Shown: one piece after another, positions 19,259 through 27,321 of the stretch
Layout: the number at the start of each line of letters is the position of its first letter
Numbering within the stretch: position 1 is the stretch's first letter
Source: Candidatus Latescibacterota bacterium
GTDB taxonomy: Bacteria > Latescibacterota > UBA2968
Reading direction: 5' to 3'
Assembly (NCBI GenBank): GCA_965207885.1
Contig: OZ242311.1
Span: forward strand, 5,856,001-5,920,000
Length of the DNA: 64,000 nt
The notes under the pieces: model-generated
The model's input: the letters and a program-made list of their open reading frames with translations, nothing else
Told to the model about the DNA's origin: nothing
Databases searched by the model: none
Translations under genes and position numbers: made by a program

Positions 19259-19316
19259 TAATCTATAACTTCTGGCAAATAACAAAGGCTACGTCTTTCG
19301 AGGCGTAGCCTTTTCT
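19259..19316 (+). repeat. Repeat A copy 2
   Basis: taatctataacttctggcaaataacaaaggctacgtctttcgaggcgtagccttttc. Confidence 0.9.
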
Positions 19317-19537
19317 TATACCCTTGCAAAATTTTCTGCCTGATCTACGCAACTTCACAATACTTCGTTTTCGGGCCTTGTGTGGAGCGATTTGGGAAAT
19401 TTTTTGAAAAATCGGTTGCGCTGTAATCCCTAATCCCGTATGATCAAAAAATTATACTCGCACAGGTGAAAAGCCTTTGGGTGGGCTGCGTTAGAGGTGA
19501 TGTAGGCCACCCGAAAAAGACACCGAAGGAGGTTGTT

Positions 19538-19936
19538 ATGGCTGAAGCCACCGTGAAGTCAATACAGGAAGAAAATCCTATCTATCCATTCTCTTATCAG
19601 TTGTGGAGAAATGCTTTACATTTAGATGAGAATCTACGCTCCTCTGTTGAAAATATAGAATTACAAACGGAATTTATACTATCTACTACTGGTCAATGGC
19701 CTATCGTTGCTGAAAAATCTGATGATGGGTCGTGGGCAGTGTATTTTAAGGATTCTCCAGATATAATCGCGGGGAGTAATGATAGTTTGGAGGACGCATT
19801 AGTTGGTTTAGCAGAAATTGTTAATGACGATCTTCAGGACAGCAGAGAAAACAAAGATAACATCTCTCCGTATCAGGCAAAACGGCATCAGTTTCTGAGA
19901 AAGGTTTTCTATCGCGAGGCTGAAATTATCACTTAA
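19538..19936 (+). CDS. Hypothetical protein with HicB-like segment
   Basis: GGAGG RBS; DDGSWAVYFKDSPDIIAGSNDSLEDAL. Confidence 0.5.
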   Translation: MAEATVKSIQEENPIYPFSYQLWRNALHLDENLRSSVENIELQTEFILSTTGQWPIVAEKSDDGSWAVYFKDSPDIIAGSNDSLEDALVGLAEIVNDDLQDSRENKDNISPYQAKRHQFLRKVFYREAEIIT

Positions 19937-19995
19937 TCTATAACTTCTGATAAACAACAACGGCTACGTCTTTCGGGGTGTAGCCTTTTCTCATT
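19934..19995 (+). repeat. Repeat A copy 3
   Basis: taatctataacttctgataaacaacaacggctacgtctttcggggtgtagccttttctc. Confidence 0.88.
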
Positions 19996-20114
19996 GCGTC
20001 AACATATTGACGCAGCCACGCTTTCAAACTGCTCTAAATTCACGTCTTTCCATTAGCCACACGTCCTTTGCAAATAACCTTGACGTGTGCATCATTTGTG
20101 CATATATTTGTTTT

Positions 20115-20390
20115 ATGAATTATCAATGGGATCCAGAAAAAGCAGAATCAAATTTTCTTGCACATGGTGTTGATTTCGCTGACTCAGTTGGCGTATTTGA
20201 GGATGTCTGGGCATTGACCTTGAAAGAAGAGATTGAATCGGGAGAGCAAAGATTTGCCACTCTTGGTACCGATTTTTTTGGACGAATTTTGGTTGTCGTT
20301 TATACATATCGAAATGAAGACATCCGTTTAATTTCCGCTCGTCCCGCAACGCGTCGGGAAAGGAGAATATATGAGAAAAAAAGAATATAA
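20115..20390 (+). CDS. BrnT-family toxin
   Basis: WDPEKAESN...HGVDF...EQR...VVVYTYR...IRLISARPA. Confidence 0.9.
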   Translation: MNYQWDPEKAESNFLAHGVDFADSVGVFEDVWALTLKEEIESGEQRFATLGTDFFGRILVVVYTYRNEDIRLISARPATRRERRIYEKKRI

Positions 20391-20631
20391 TTTTGAGACC
20401 GCCCAACAAGGCCCTGTAGTTCAGCCGCCACCCGGCAAGACGCGCATCACCATCCGCCTTGACACAGACATTCTGAATTGGTTTAAGAGACAAGTTCACG
20501 AAGCAGGGGGCGGAAATTATCAGACGCTTGTGAACCAGGCCCTCAGAGACCACATCCAGGCTAACAATGGCGCATTGGAACAAACACTACGCAAAGTCAT
20601 TCGCGAAGAACTCGGTTCACACGCAGTATAA
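20371..20631 (+). CDS. BrnA-family antitoxin
   Basis: KTRITIRLDTDILNWFK...GNYQTLVNQALR. Confidence 0.9.
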   Translation: MRKKEYNFETAQQGPVVQPPPGKTRITIRLDTDILNWFKRQVHEAGGGNYQTLVNQALRDHIQANNGALEQTLRKVIREELGSHAV

Positions 20632-20706
20632 CAAATTTGCATCCCAAAAACATTTGACAATGTATAAAATCTCGGGCTTGCCAATGGGGTGTACGTAATT
20701 CGAAAA

Positions 20707-21033
20707 ATGAACCAAAACGAGGCCCAGTATGTCATCTACAAAACGGGATTTCGAGGGTGTCCGGGAACATCCCATATCATCACAAATAATCAGATTTTGG
20801 GCGGAGAGCCAATTATCAAAAATACGCGCACACCTGTTCGGGCAATTGTTGAAGTTTGGCGTTTGGGCACACACCCCGAAAATATTCCAAACCACCTTCC
20901 CCATTTGTCTTTGAGACAAGTTTTTGATGCCCTGAACTATTACAACGACCATCAAGAAGAAATAGAAAAATATATTGAAGAAAATCGCATTCCCAACAGA
21001 TTGATCGATCCCCTAACACACGCAACACAATGA
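20707..21033 (+). CDS. DUF433-domain protein (possibly frameshifted at 5' end)
   Basis: ILGGEPIIKNTRTPV...HLSLRQVFDALNYY. Confidence 0.75.
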   Translation: MNQNEAQYVIYKTGFRGCPGTSHIITNNQILGGEPIIKNTRTPVRAIVEVWRLGTHPENIPNHLPHLSLRQVFDALNYYNDHQEEIEKYIEENRIPNRLIDPLTHATQ

Positions 21034-21094
21034 TAAATCAGATCCGATATATCTAATATATATCGGCCGTGATGCTCAATCGCACATCCGATGA

Positions 21095-21149
21095 CAAACA
21101 ACAAAGGCTACGTCTTTCAAGGCGTAGCCTTTTCTCATTCTCTTTTTTT
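21095..21149 (+). repeat. Repeat A copy 4 (5'-truncated); probable terminator of the ccmF-H unit
   Basis: caaacaacaaaggctacgtctttcaaggcgtagccttttctcatt. Confidence 0.85.
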
Positions 21150-21205
21150 ATCACAGGCCTGAAATCCAAGTCCTAAATACTCCACCTAAACGGGGTAACT
21201 CCACC

Positions 21206-21598
21206 TTAATTTTTTCCTGCTCCACCGTGTTTTCTTCTGGTGCGGCGAATGGCGGCGATTTCTTTTTCTATCTGGTCGGAGATTCCCTGCGGTTTGGGGG
21301 CGGGACGGTCTGCCTGGCTGGAGGCTTTGTCGAGGGATTTGATGAGTTCTACGGCCTGCGCTGTATAACGGGCGCGGGTTTGCCGGTAGTCGTCTTCTTC
21401 GACTTTTCCCATGCGGTGGTCAAAGTCGAGTTCGCGGATGGCTTCATAGACCATGTCGCGCTGTTCGATCAGTTCGCGGCGTCGCGCTTCTCTGCGGGAG
21501 ATCTGGTTGATGGTATTGGCGTCGCGGGGGTCGAACAGTGGTGTGAATACAAAGAGCAAGATGCCCGCTGCGATGAGGATAAAAGCGGCAATGGTCAT
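21206..21598 (-). CDS. ccm-associated small membrane protein (CcmI N-terminus-like)
   Basis: TM helix then AIRELDFDHRMGKVEEDDY. Confidence 0.65.
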   Translation of the reverse strand: MTIAAFILIAAGILLFVFTPLFDPRDANTINQISRREARRRELIEQRDMVYEAIRELDFDHRMGKVEEDDYRQTRARYTAQAVELIKSLDKASSQADRPAPKPQGISDQIEKEIAAIRRTRRKHGGAGKN

Positions 21599-22056
21599 CA
21601 CTCGCGCTCCTTGAGATCGCTTTCGAGGCGGTCGAGGTACGGGTCGTCGCGCGCGGGTTGTGCTGCTGGTGTGGCGGGACTTTTTGTTTTTGACCAGGCG
21701 CGGAGTACGCTGCGTACGGCGAAGAATCCGATGAGGAGAACGAGGGGCGGCATGAGCCATGCCGTGAGGTTGAAGCCTTTGGCTGGCGGTTTGGAGAGGA
21801 TTTCCAGGCCAAATTCACTGATATAAGCATCGACAATGGCCTGTGGCGTTTGACCGGAGGCCAGCATTTTTTTGATGCGTTCGTGCTGTTGTTGTGCATA
21901 TCCGCAGATGCATTCGTCCAGTGGTCTGCGCGGGCAGTCGCCGCACAGGCAGGCGAGTTCTTTGCCGACTTCTTTGATCTGTTCCCGGGTCACTTCGGCG
22001 CGGACGGGTATTGCGAAGAGGAGAAAGAATATTGGGATCAGGAGTGCGGGCTTCAT
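21598..22056 (-). CDS. ccmH: Cytochrome c biogenesis protein CcmH
   Basis: LACLCGDC, FGLEILSKPP..GFNLTAWLMP. Confidence 0.8.
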   Translation of the reverse strand: MKPALLIPIFFLLFAIPVRAEVTREQIKEVGKELACLCGDCPRRPLDECICGYAQQQHERIKKMLASGQTPQAIVDAYISEFGLEILSKPPAKGFNLTAWLMPPLVLLIGFFAVRSVLRAWSKTKSPATPAAQPARDDPYLDRLESDLKERE

Positions 22057-24038
22057 GCCATCGCCTCCCGCATTTGCAATGCCTGTTTTTCGCGTTTGTC
22101 GGGCCACATGACGACGATGGTGCCGATTGTGATTATCCACGCGCCTATCCAGACCCACATGACGAGGGGGTTGATGTACAGGTGAAAGAGGGCGACTTCT
22201 TCGCCGTCTCGCATGTCAACGCCCTGATAGAGCGCGTAGAGGTCTTCGCGCAGGTTGGAGCGGATGGCGACTTCTGTGGTGGTTTGTTGATCCTGTCGTT
22301 TGTGATAGACTTTCTGGTGGGGCCACATGGTGCCCAGTCGCTGTCCGTGTTTATAGACGCCGAGCTGGGCGACGATGTCCCAGGTGAGTGGATTGGCGGA
22401 TTCGGTAATGCCTTCATACGTGAGGGTGTAGGGTCCGATTGAGGTGGATTCCATGTATTTGAGTTCGACCTGGGAATCTTTGTTGAATGCATTGCCGGTA
22501 AATCCGATGAAGAGCAGGACCACGCCAAAGTGGATGATATAACCGCCATATCGGCGGCGATTTCGCCGGGTGAGGTTGACGATGGCGCGGAGATAGGATT
22601 CGCCAGAACTGCTGCCGCGTGCACGCGCGCCGCGGTGAAATTCGGTGATGATTGTGCCTGTGACAAAGCCGCAGAAGAGGAAGGAGATGATGGCGTAGAT
22701 GTCGCGTACACCGAGGGCGATGGCGACGATGCCGCAGATCAGTCCCATGATGCTCGATCCCGTGAAGTGTTTTCTCAGGCTTTTGCCCGAGGTGCGCCGC
22801 CAGGCGAGCAGAGGTCCTATGCCCGTGAGTACGAGCAGGAGCAGGCCGATGGGGACCATGACGGTGTTGAAGTAGGGGGGACCTACGGTGATTTTGTCAC
22901 CGGTAACGGCTTCGGAGATCACGGGAAACATGACGCCCCAAAAGACGGCGAATGTGGCGGTGAGGAAGAGCAGGTTGTTGAGCAAAAATCCACCTTCGCG
23001 CGAGATGGGGGATTCGTATTGTGTTTTGGTTTTGAGCAGGTCCAGGCGCGAGACGAGGAGGAGGCTTGAGAAGATGACTATCAGGACGACGAGTACGCCA
23101 AACCAGGGTCCAATGGGGGACTGGGCAAATGCGTGTACAGAGGATACGACGCCGCTTCGGGTGAGGAAGGTGCCGTAGATGCACAGGGTGTAGGTGGCGA
23201 TGATGAGGACCATGTTCCAGATTTTGAGCATGCCTTTTTTTTCCTGGATCATGACGGAGTGCAAGAAGGCCGTGCCCGTTAGCCAGGGCAAGAGGGCGGC
23301 GTTTTCGACCGGGTCCCAGCCCCAGTATCCGCCCCAGCCGAGGACGACGTAGGCCCATTTGCCGCCGAGGAGTTGGCCCGTGCCCAGGAAGAACCAGGCG
23401 AGGAGGGTCCAGCGGCGGGTGGTGCGAATCCATTCTTCGTCGATTTGTCTGGATAATAGGGCGGCCATTGCAAAGGCAAAGGGTACGGTAAAGCCGACGT
23501 AGCCGTGATAGAGCATGGGGGGGTGGATGGCCATGACGGGATGGACGAGCAGGGGGTTCATGCCCGTTCCATCGGGCAGGGCGCGCGGCATGGTGACAAA
23601 TGGATTTTCGTGGATGCAGATGAGCGCGAGGAAGAAGGTCAGCGTGAAGGACATGATGGCCGTGGCATAAGAGGCGAGGGGTCCGCGAAAGGCACGGGTT
23701 TTGATGACGGCAAAGAATATGAATCCGGATAGGATCAATGCCCAGAGGAGGAGCGATCCCTGCATGCCGGACCAGACGGCCGTGAATTTGTAACCGGTGG
23801 GCAGGTCGCGGCTGGAGTGGGTGGCGATGTAGTAGATGTCGAAGCGGTCTGTGAGGAAGAGCACTTCGAGAATGGCCATGGCGGAGAGGCAGAGTACAAA
23901 ACCCGTGAGGACTGCACGTTCAGTGCTCAGTATAAGGCCCATTCGCCGGGTTTTGGCTGCTAATATTGCGGCGATTACCGCATAAGCCGAGGTGAATAGG
24001 GCGATGTAAAGAAGAAAGTTGCCGAGTTGTGGGAGCAT
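22053..24038 (-). CDS. ccmF: Heme lyase CcmF/NrfE
   Basis: HPPMLY, LGWGGYWGWDPVEN, TRSGVVSSVHAF, NPLVMWVWIG. Confidence 0.95.
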   Translation of the reverse strand: MLPQLGNFLLYIALFTSAYAVIAAILAAKTRRMGLILSTERAVLTGFVLCLSAMAILEVLFLTDRFDIYYIATHSSRDLPTGYKFTAVWSGMQGSLLLWALILSGFIFFAVIKTRAFRGPLASYATAIMSFTLTFFLALICIHENPFVTMPRALPDGTGMNPLLVHPVMAIHPPMLYHGYVGFTVPFAFAMAALLSRQIDEEWIRTTRRWTLLAWFFLGTGQLLGGKWAYVVLGWGGYWGWDPVENAALLPWLTGTAFLHSVMIQEKKGMLKIWNMVLIIATYTLCIYGTFLTRSGVVSSVHAFAQSPIGPWFGVLVVLIVIFSSLLLVSRLDLLKTKTQYESPISREGGFLLNNLLFLTATFAVFWGVMFPVISEAVTGDKITVGPPYFNTVMVPIGLLLLVLTGIGPLLAWRRTSGKSLRKHFTGSSIMGLICGIVAIALGVRDIYAIISFLFCGFVTGTIITEFHRGARARGSSSGESYLRAIVNLTRRNRRRYGGYIIHFGVVLLFIGFTGNAFNKDSQVELKYMESTSIGPYTLTYEGITESANPLTWDIVAQLGVYKHGQRLGTMWPHQKVYHKRQDQQTTTEVAIRSNLREDLYALYQGVDMRDGEEVALFHLYINPLVMWVWIGAWIITIGTIVVMWPDKREKQALQMREAMA

Positions 24039-24062
24039 GTGTTCGGGTCTCGTGTCTATACG

Positions 24063-24308
24063 CTATGAACTCTGTTCATGTGCTTTCAGCAGGCGTGCTG
24101 GGTCCTTTGCATACAGTTCAGTATAGCCGCATGCTCCGCATACCTGTGCCTTTAATCGCACGCGAACCCCACCTTTGAAAAGCCGGGCGTGAGGTTTCGT
24201 TTGCACTCGAACTGCCAGACTCTCCGCATGGCTTTCTAGATCTATAACCTGGACATCGTTTATTACCTGAGTAGATTCACATTTGAGACATTTTTCGGGG
24301 TTCGTCAT
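24063..24308 (-). CDS. Small zinc-ribbon protein
   Basis: CLKC...VCGACGYTELYA. Confidence 0.7.
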   Translation of the reverse strand: MTNPEKCLKCESTQVINDVQVIDLESHAESLAVRVQTKPHARLFKGGVRVRLKAQVCGACGYTELYAKDPARLLKAHEQSS

Positions 24309-24349
24309 GAGGCACCTCGGATGATGTGTTTGGGTCTTTTGTTAGAGAA

Positions 24350-24502
24350 TCAGTCCTCGAGTAGCATTTCTAACACTTCTTTCAGGTTTCTATTCAGTTC
24401 ATCCAGTGTCTTACCCTGAGAATGTGCACCGGGAAAATCAGGTACATAACCTACATATAATCCAGTATTCTTACAATATTCTATTACAGCCGTAAAAGGC
24501 AT
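24350..24502 (-). CDS. HicB-family antitoxin (50 aa, orphan)
   Basis: YVGYVPDFPGAHSQGKTLDELNRNLKEVLEMLLE; below ORF-track cutoff. Confidence 0.8.
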   Translation of the reverse strand: MPFTAVIEYCKNTGLYVGYVPDFPGAHSQGKTLDELNRNLKEVLEMLLED

Positions 24503-24575
24503 TCTCTACCTCACTGAATGATTTAACCAATGGTGCGAGGTGGAAATGACAGCAACCTCTTCGTGTGTATCTCAA

Positions 24576-25086
24576 CTAAAATGGCAGACCGCCATCATCG
24601 GACAGGATTTTCTCTTCGATCAATGACAGCAAATTCTTCAACGTGTCTGTTGTTCGCTTTGAACTCAACATTTTTTGCAACTGATCGCGAAATTCCTGTC
24701 CGCTATTGCATTCGGATAGTTCATCATCTTTGTCGCCAAGATCATCAGACAGGACAAGTGGATAGTAGTCTCTCAGTGGATAAGGATAAATCACCGTAAC
24801 TATATCCAGATGATAGTCTTCCAGAGACGGAACTGTGATGGCAAGGGTTGAGCAGAGTTTTTGTTCCAGCGCATTGCTTGTAGAGCGGAGTTTTTGTTCC
24901 AGCCCACTTTCATCATTGTTGTAGCGGAGGTTGAGTGTTTCTTCCCAGTCCCTTTGTAGCAACCGATGCTCTGATCCGTGGCGCGGTTCTTTCATTTAGA
25001 GCACTTGCCTGCTCCTGTAGTATCTGGACAGGTGTCATCTGCTCAGTAGTAAGTTGGAGGTCGCCCCAGTAGTCTGGTGTTACCAT
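24576..25086 (-). pseudogene. Frameshifted conserved hypothetical gene
   Basis: N-terminus MVTPDYWGDL...TPVQILQEQA starts at 25086 in a different frame from the C-terminal ORF (total 511 nt). Confidence 0.55.
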
Positions 25087-25108
25087 CTCAAAACACTCCT
25101 CAATGTTG

Positions 25109-25282
25109 CTACCGCTCGATTGGGTCCAACAGTTTCTTGGGTCCCGGATTTAGCACTGGACGGTCAGAATCCCGTTCGCGCTTGCGGAGTGCTTGAACAA
25201 TGCGTCCAAGGTCATTCCCATGTTCAGCGGCATGTGCTCTACGATGCTGACGAATTTCCTCAACAATAGGATCTTTAATCAT
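25109..25282 (-). CDS. Small PIN-partner protein (putative antitoxin)
   Basis: MIKDPIVEEIRQHR..HA, overlapping the PIN gene stop. Confidence 0.65.
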   Translation of the reverse strand: MIKDPIVEEIRQHRRAHAAEHGNDLGRIVQALRKRERDSDRPVLNPGPKKLLDPIER

Positions 25283-25757
25283 CAGAAGTTCCTCCGAGTT
25301 CTTCGGGTGAACAGATTTGTGGACATACAAATCCTCGCGATTCTACAACCCTTGCAATAGCCGATTTCGTCTCGGCATTGTTAATATGGCGAAAATTCCA
25401 GGTCAGGAGGAAATCCGCGCCCTGAGCAGCAGCAATGGCGATGTGCAACGCATCGTCCGCACTCCCGCCAGGAATAGCGCCTTCATCCAGCAACTGTCTT
25501 GCCAGTTCGGTTGCCTCGTCAGATATTCCCAAGCTCGCAATCTCGGCTACCCAACTCAGACGGCGTTTGGCCGCATCGTCGTCCCCACGGCCAATCTCTT
25601 CTTCAACCAGTGTAGAAATACGAAGATTAAACCGGTGTCTGTGGTTGCGCCACCAATCGTGTGAGATCGCTTGTCGAGCCGCCACGATTACGTCTCGGCT
25701 GGGTCGCGATGCTAAATAGCTGATTACAGATGATTCAATGTAGATCGAAGATTTCAA
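25275..25757 (-). CDS. PIN-domain (VapC-like) protein
   Basis: IYIESSVISYL, DALHIAIA, LLTWNFRHI. Confidence 0.85.
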   Translation of the reverse strand: MKSSIYIESSVISYLASRPSRDVIVAARQAISHDWWRNHRHRFNLRISTLVEEEIGRGDDDAAKRRLSWVAEIASLGISDEATELARQLLDEGAIPGGSADDALHIAIAAAQGADFLLTWNFRHINNAETKSAIARVVESRGFVCPQICSPEELGGTSDD

Positions 25758-25791
25758 GGATCCTCAATCCTATGTGTTTTGTCGGTGTCGT

Positions 25792-25815
25792 CTGGGAAGC
25801 GATTTAGCTTCCCAG
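25792..25815. repeat. Palindrome just downstream of ccmE
   Basis: ctgggaagc-gattta-gcttcccag. Confidence 0.5.
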
Positions 25816-25825
25816 CGCTCTTAGT

Positions 25826-26263
25826 CTATTCATACGACGCTTTGATTTCTTCGTAGCTCTGGCTTTCGTATTTGGAGGGGCATTTGGCGAGCATGTCGTC
25901 GGCTATGAAGATGCCATTGGGTCCGATTTTGCCTTCGAGTACGACGTCGGCTTCTTCTCGGAAGGTGTCGGGTACGACGCCGCTGTAGCGGATGGTGCGT
26001 TTGCTGGCAGATGGGTCCTGGTCGATGAGGTCAGAAATTTCAAATTCGACGGTGCGATTGCCGTCTCGGGAGATGATGGAGCCGGGGATGACTTTGCCGG
26101 CGAGTTTGAAGCGGGTGTTGGCAAATTCGGTTTCGCGCGCTTCCAGTTCGGAGACGGTGAGGTAGTACAGCGACATTTTTTCAGAGCTGTACACGATCAT
26201 GGTGAGCAAGCTGGCGACAATGACGGCAAATCCCGCGATGAATTTTATTTTTTTGGTGGTCAT
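25826..26263 (-). CDS. ccmE: Heme chaperone CcmE (CxxxY variant)
   Basis: YSGVVPDTFRE, VVLEG, MLAKCPSKY. Confidence 0.92.
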   Translation of the reverse strand: MTTKKIKFIAGFAVIVASLLTMIVYSSEKMSLYYLTVSELEARETEFANTRFKLAGKVIPGSIISRDGNRTVEFEISDLIDQDPSASKRTIRYSGVVPDTFREEADVVLEGKIGPNGIFIADDMLAKCPSKYESQSYEEIKASYE

Positions 26264-26340
26264 CTCAACCTCTGCGCTTTTTGGTAACTCAATGGGGTTT
26301 TCAGACGATTAAAGATAGATAAGTCGCTTGAAATTCACAA

Positions 26341-27207
26341 CTATTTTAAGCCCAATTGTGCGCGATGGACGATGTCTTCAATTTTGTTTTTGTTCCAGTA
26401 GTCGATCATCGTAGCATGCGTTTTGCGCGCTGTGGTCGTGGTCCAGCGGCCCCGGCGTTGCGTGGATTCTTCCCAGCCGAGGATGGCGTGGGGATAGTTT
26501 TTTTCAAAGGTTATGGCGAGTTTGCGGCCAATGGAGGTGTACGCGAGGGTGTAAACCGAGGTCTCGTCGTCTGCGGTGAGTTCCGCATTGGCGGTCTGGA
26601 TATCGGGTAGGGTGTGTGTCAGGCGCTGGAATAGCATGCCGGGGATGATCTGGATTTCACCTGTGGGCAAGCGCTCGGGTGCCAATCGGATGCGTGTCCA
26701 GATTTCGTCTTCGAGGATGGCGCTGGGCAATGTGAGGTCGTGGTCGCCATCGCTTTGAAAGTACGATCGCAGTGTGGCTTTGTATTTGCCGTTGCGATGG
26801 TTTATCTGGGCAAAGGTGTGTCCGCACCATTCCTGGGCTGTGCTGGTGACTTTGAGCGTGCGCGTTTGGTCGGGCGCTACGGGTGTGAATACAGAGGTCA
26901 TGATGGAGTAGGGATAAAGGCCCGTTGTAAATTGGCGCATGGCGTTGAGTTTGAGTACGGAGGTGCTCGGTCCGTCGCCGCGTTCGTGCTTTACGTGTTT
27001 GTCTGTGAGAAAGTTCTCGGTTACGAAGATGAGTACGGCGTCGCCGTCATAAATATCGCGGTATTGCGCCTGTTTGAGTTCATAGCGGGTGATTTCCGCG
27101 AGTCCAGCGTACCATTGTTTTTTGAATGCGTCATCCCAGGGTTTTACTTCTGCATGGGTTGGGGCGAGGAAGATGATGGTGAAAAGAATGGTGACTAAGT
27201 GTCGCAT
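26341..27207 (-). CDS. Conserved secreted hypothetical protein
   Basis: Signal peptide; WYAGLAEITRYEL.Q, FVTE, TGLYPYS, QEWCGH. Confidence 0.7.
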   Translation of the reverse strand: MRHLVTILFTIIFLAPTHAEVKPWDDAFKKQWYAGLAEITRYELKQAQYRDIYDGDAVLIFVTENFLTDKHVKHERGDGPSTSVLKLNAMRQFTTGLYPYSIMTSVFTPVAPDQTRTLKVTSTAQEWCGHTFAQINHRNGKYKATLRSYFQSDGDHDLTLPSAILEDEIWTRIRLAPERLPTGEIQIIPGMLFQRLTHTLPDIQTANAELTADDETSVYTLAYTSIGRKLAITFEKNYPHAILGWEESTQRRGRWTTTTARKTHATMIDYWNKNKIEDIVHRAQLGLK

Positions 27208-27321
27208 TGTGTGCTCCTTTTGAGGGATATGGGTAGGGGTTAATATAGTACCGCGAAATTTTTGTATTGGTCGTATATTGGTATGTGCGCGGGCATGAAT
27301 ATAACAATATGGAGTGATAAT

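Noticed and set aside
17650-21149. Repeat A as a CRISPR array or canonical attC array
   Set aside because: Spacers are 0.7-1.6 kb and gene-bearing, there are no cas genes, no clear GTTRRRY right end and no integrase in the window.
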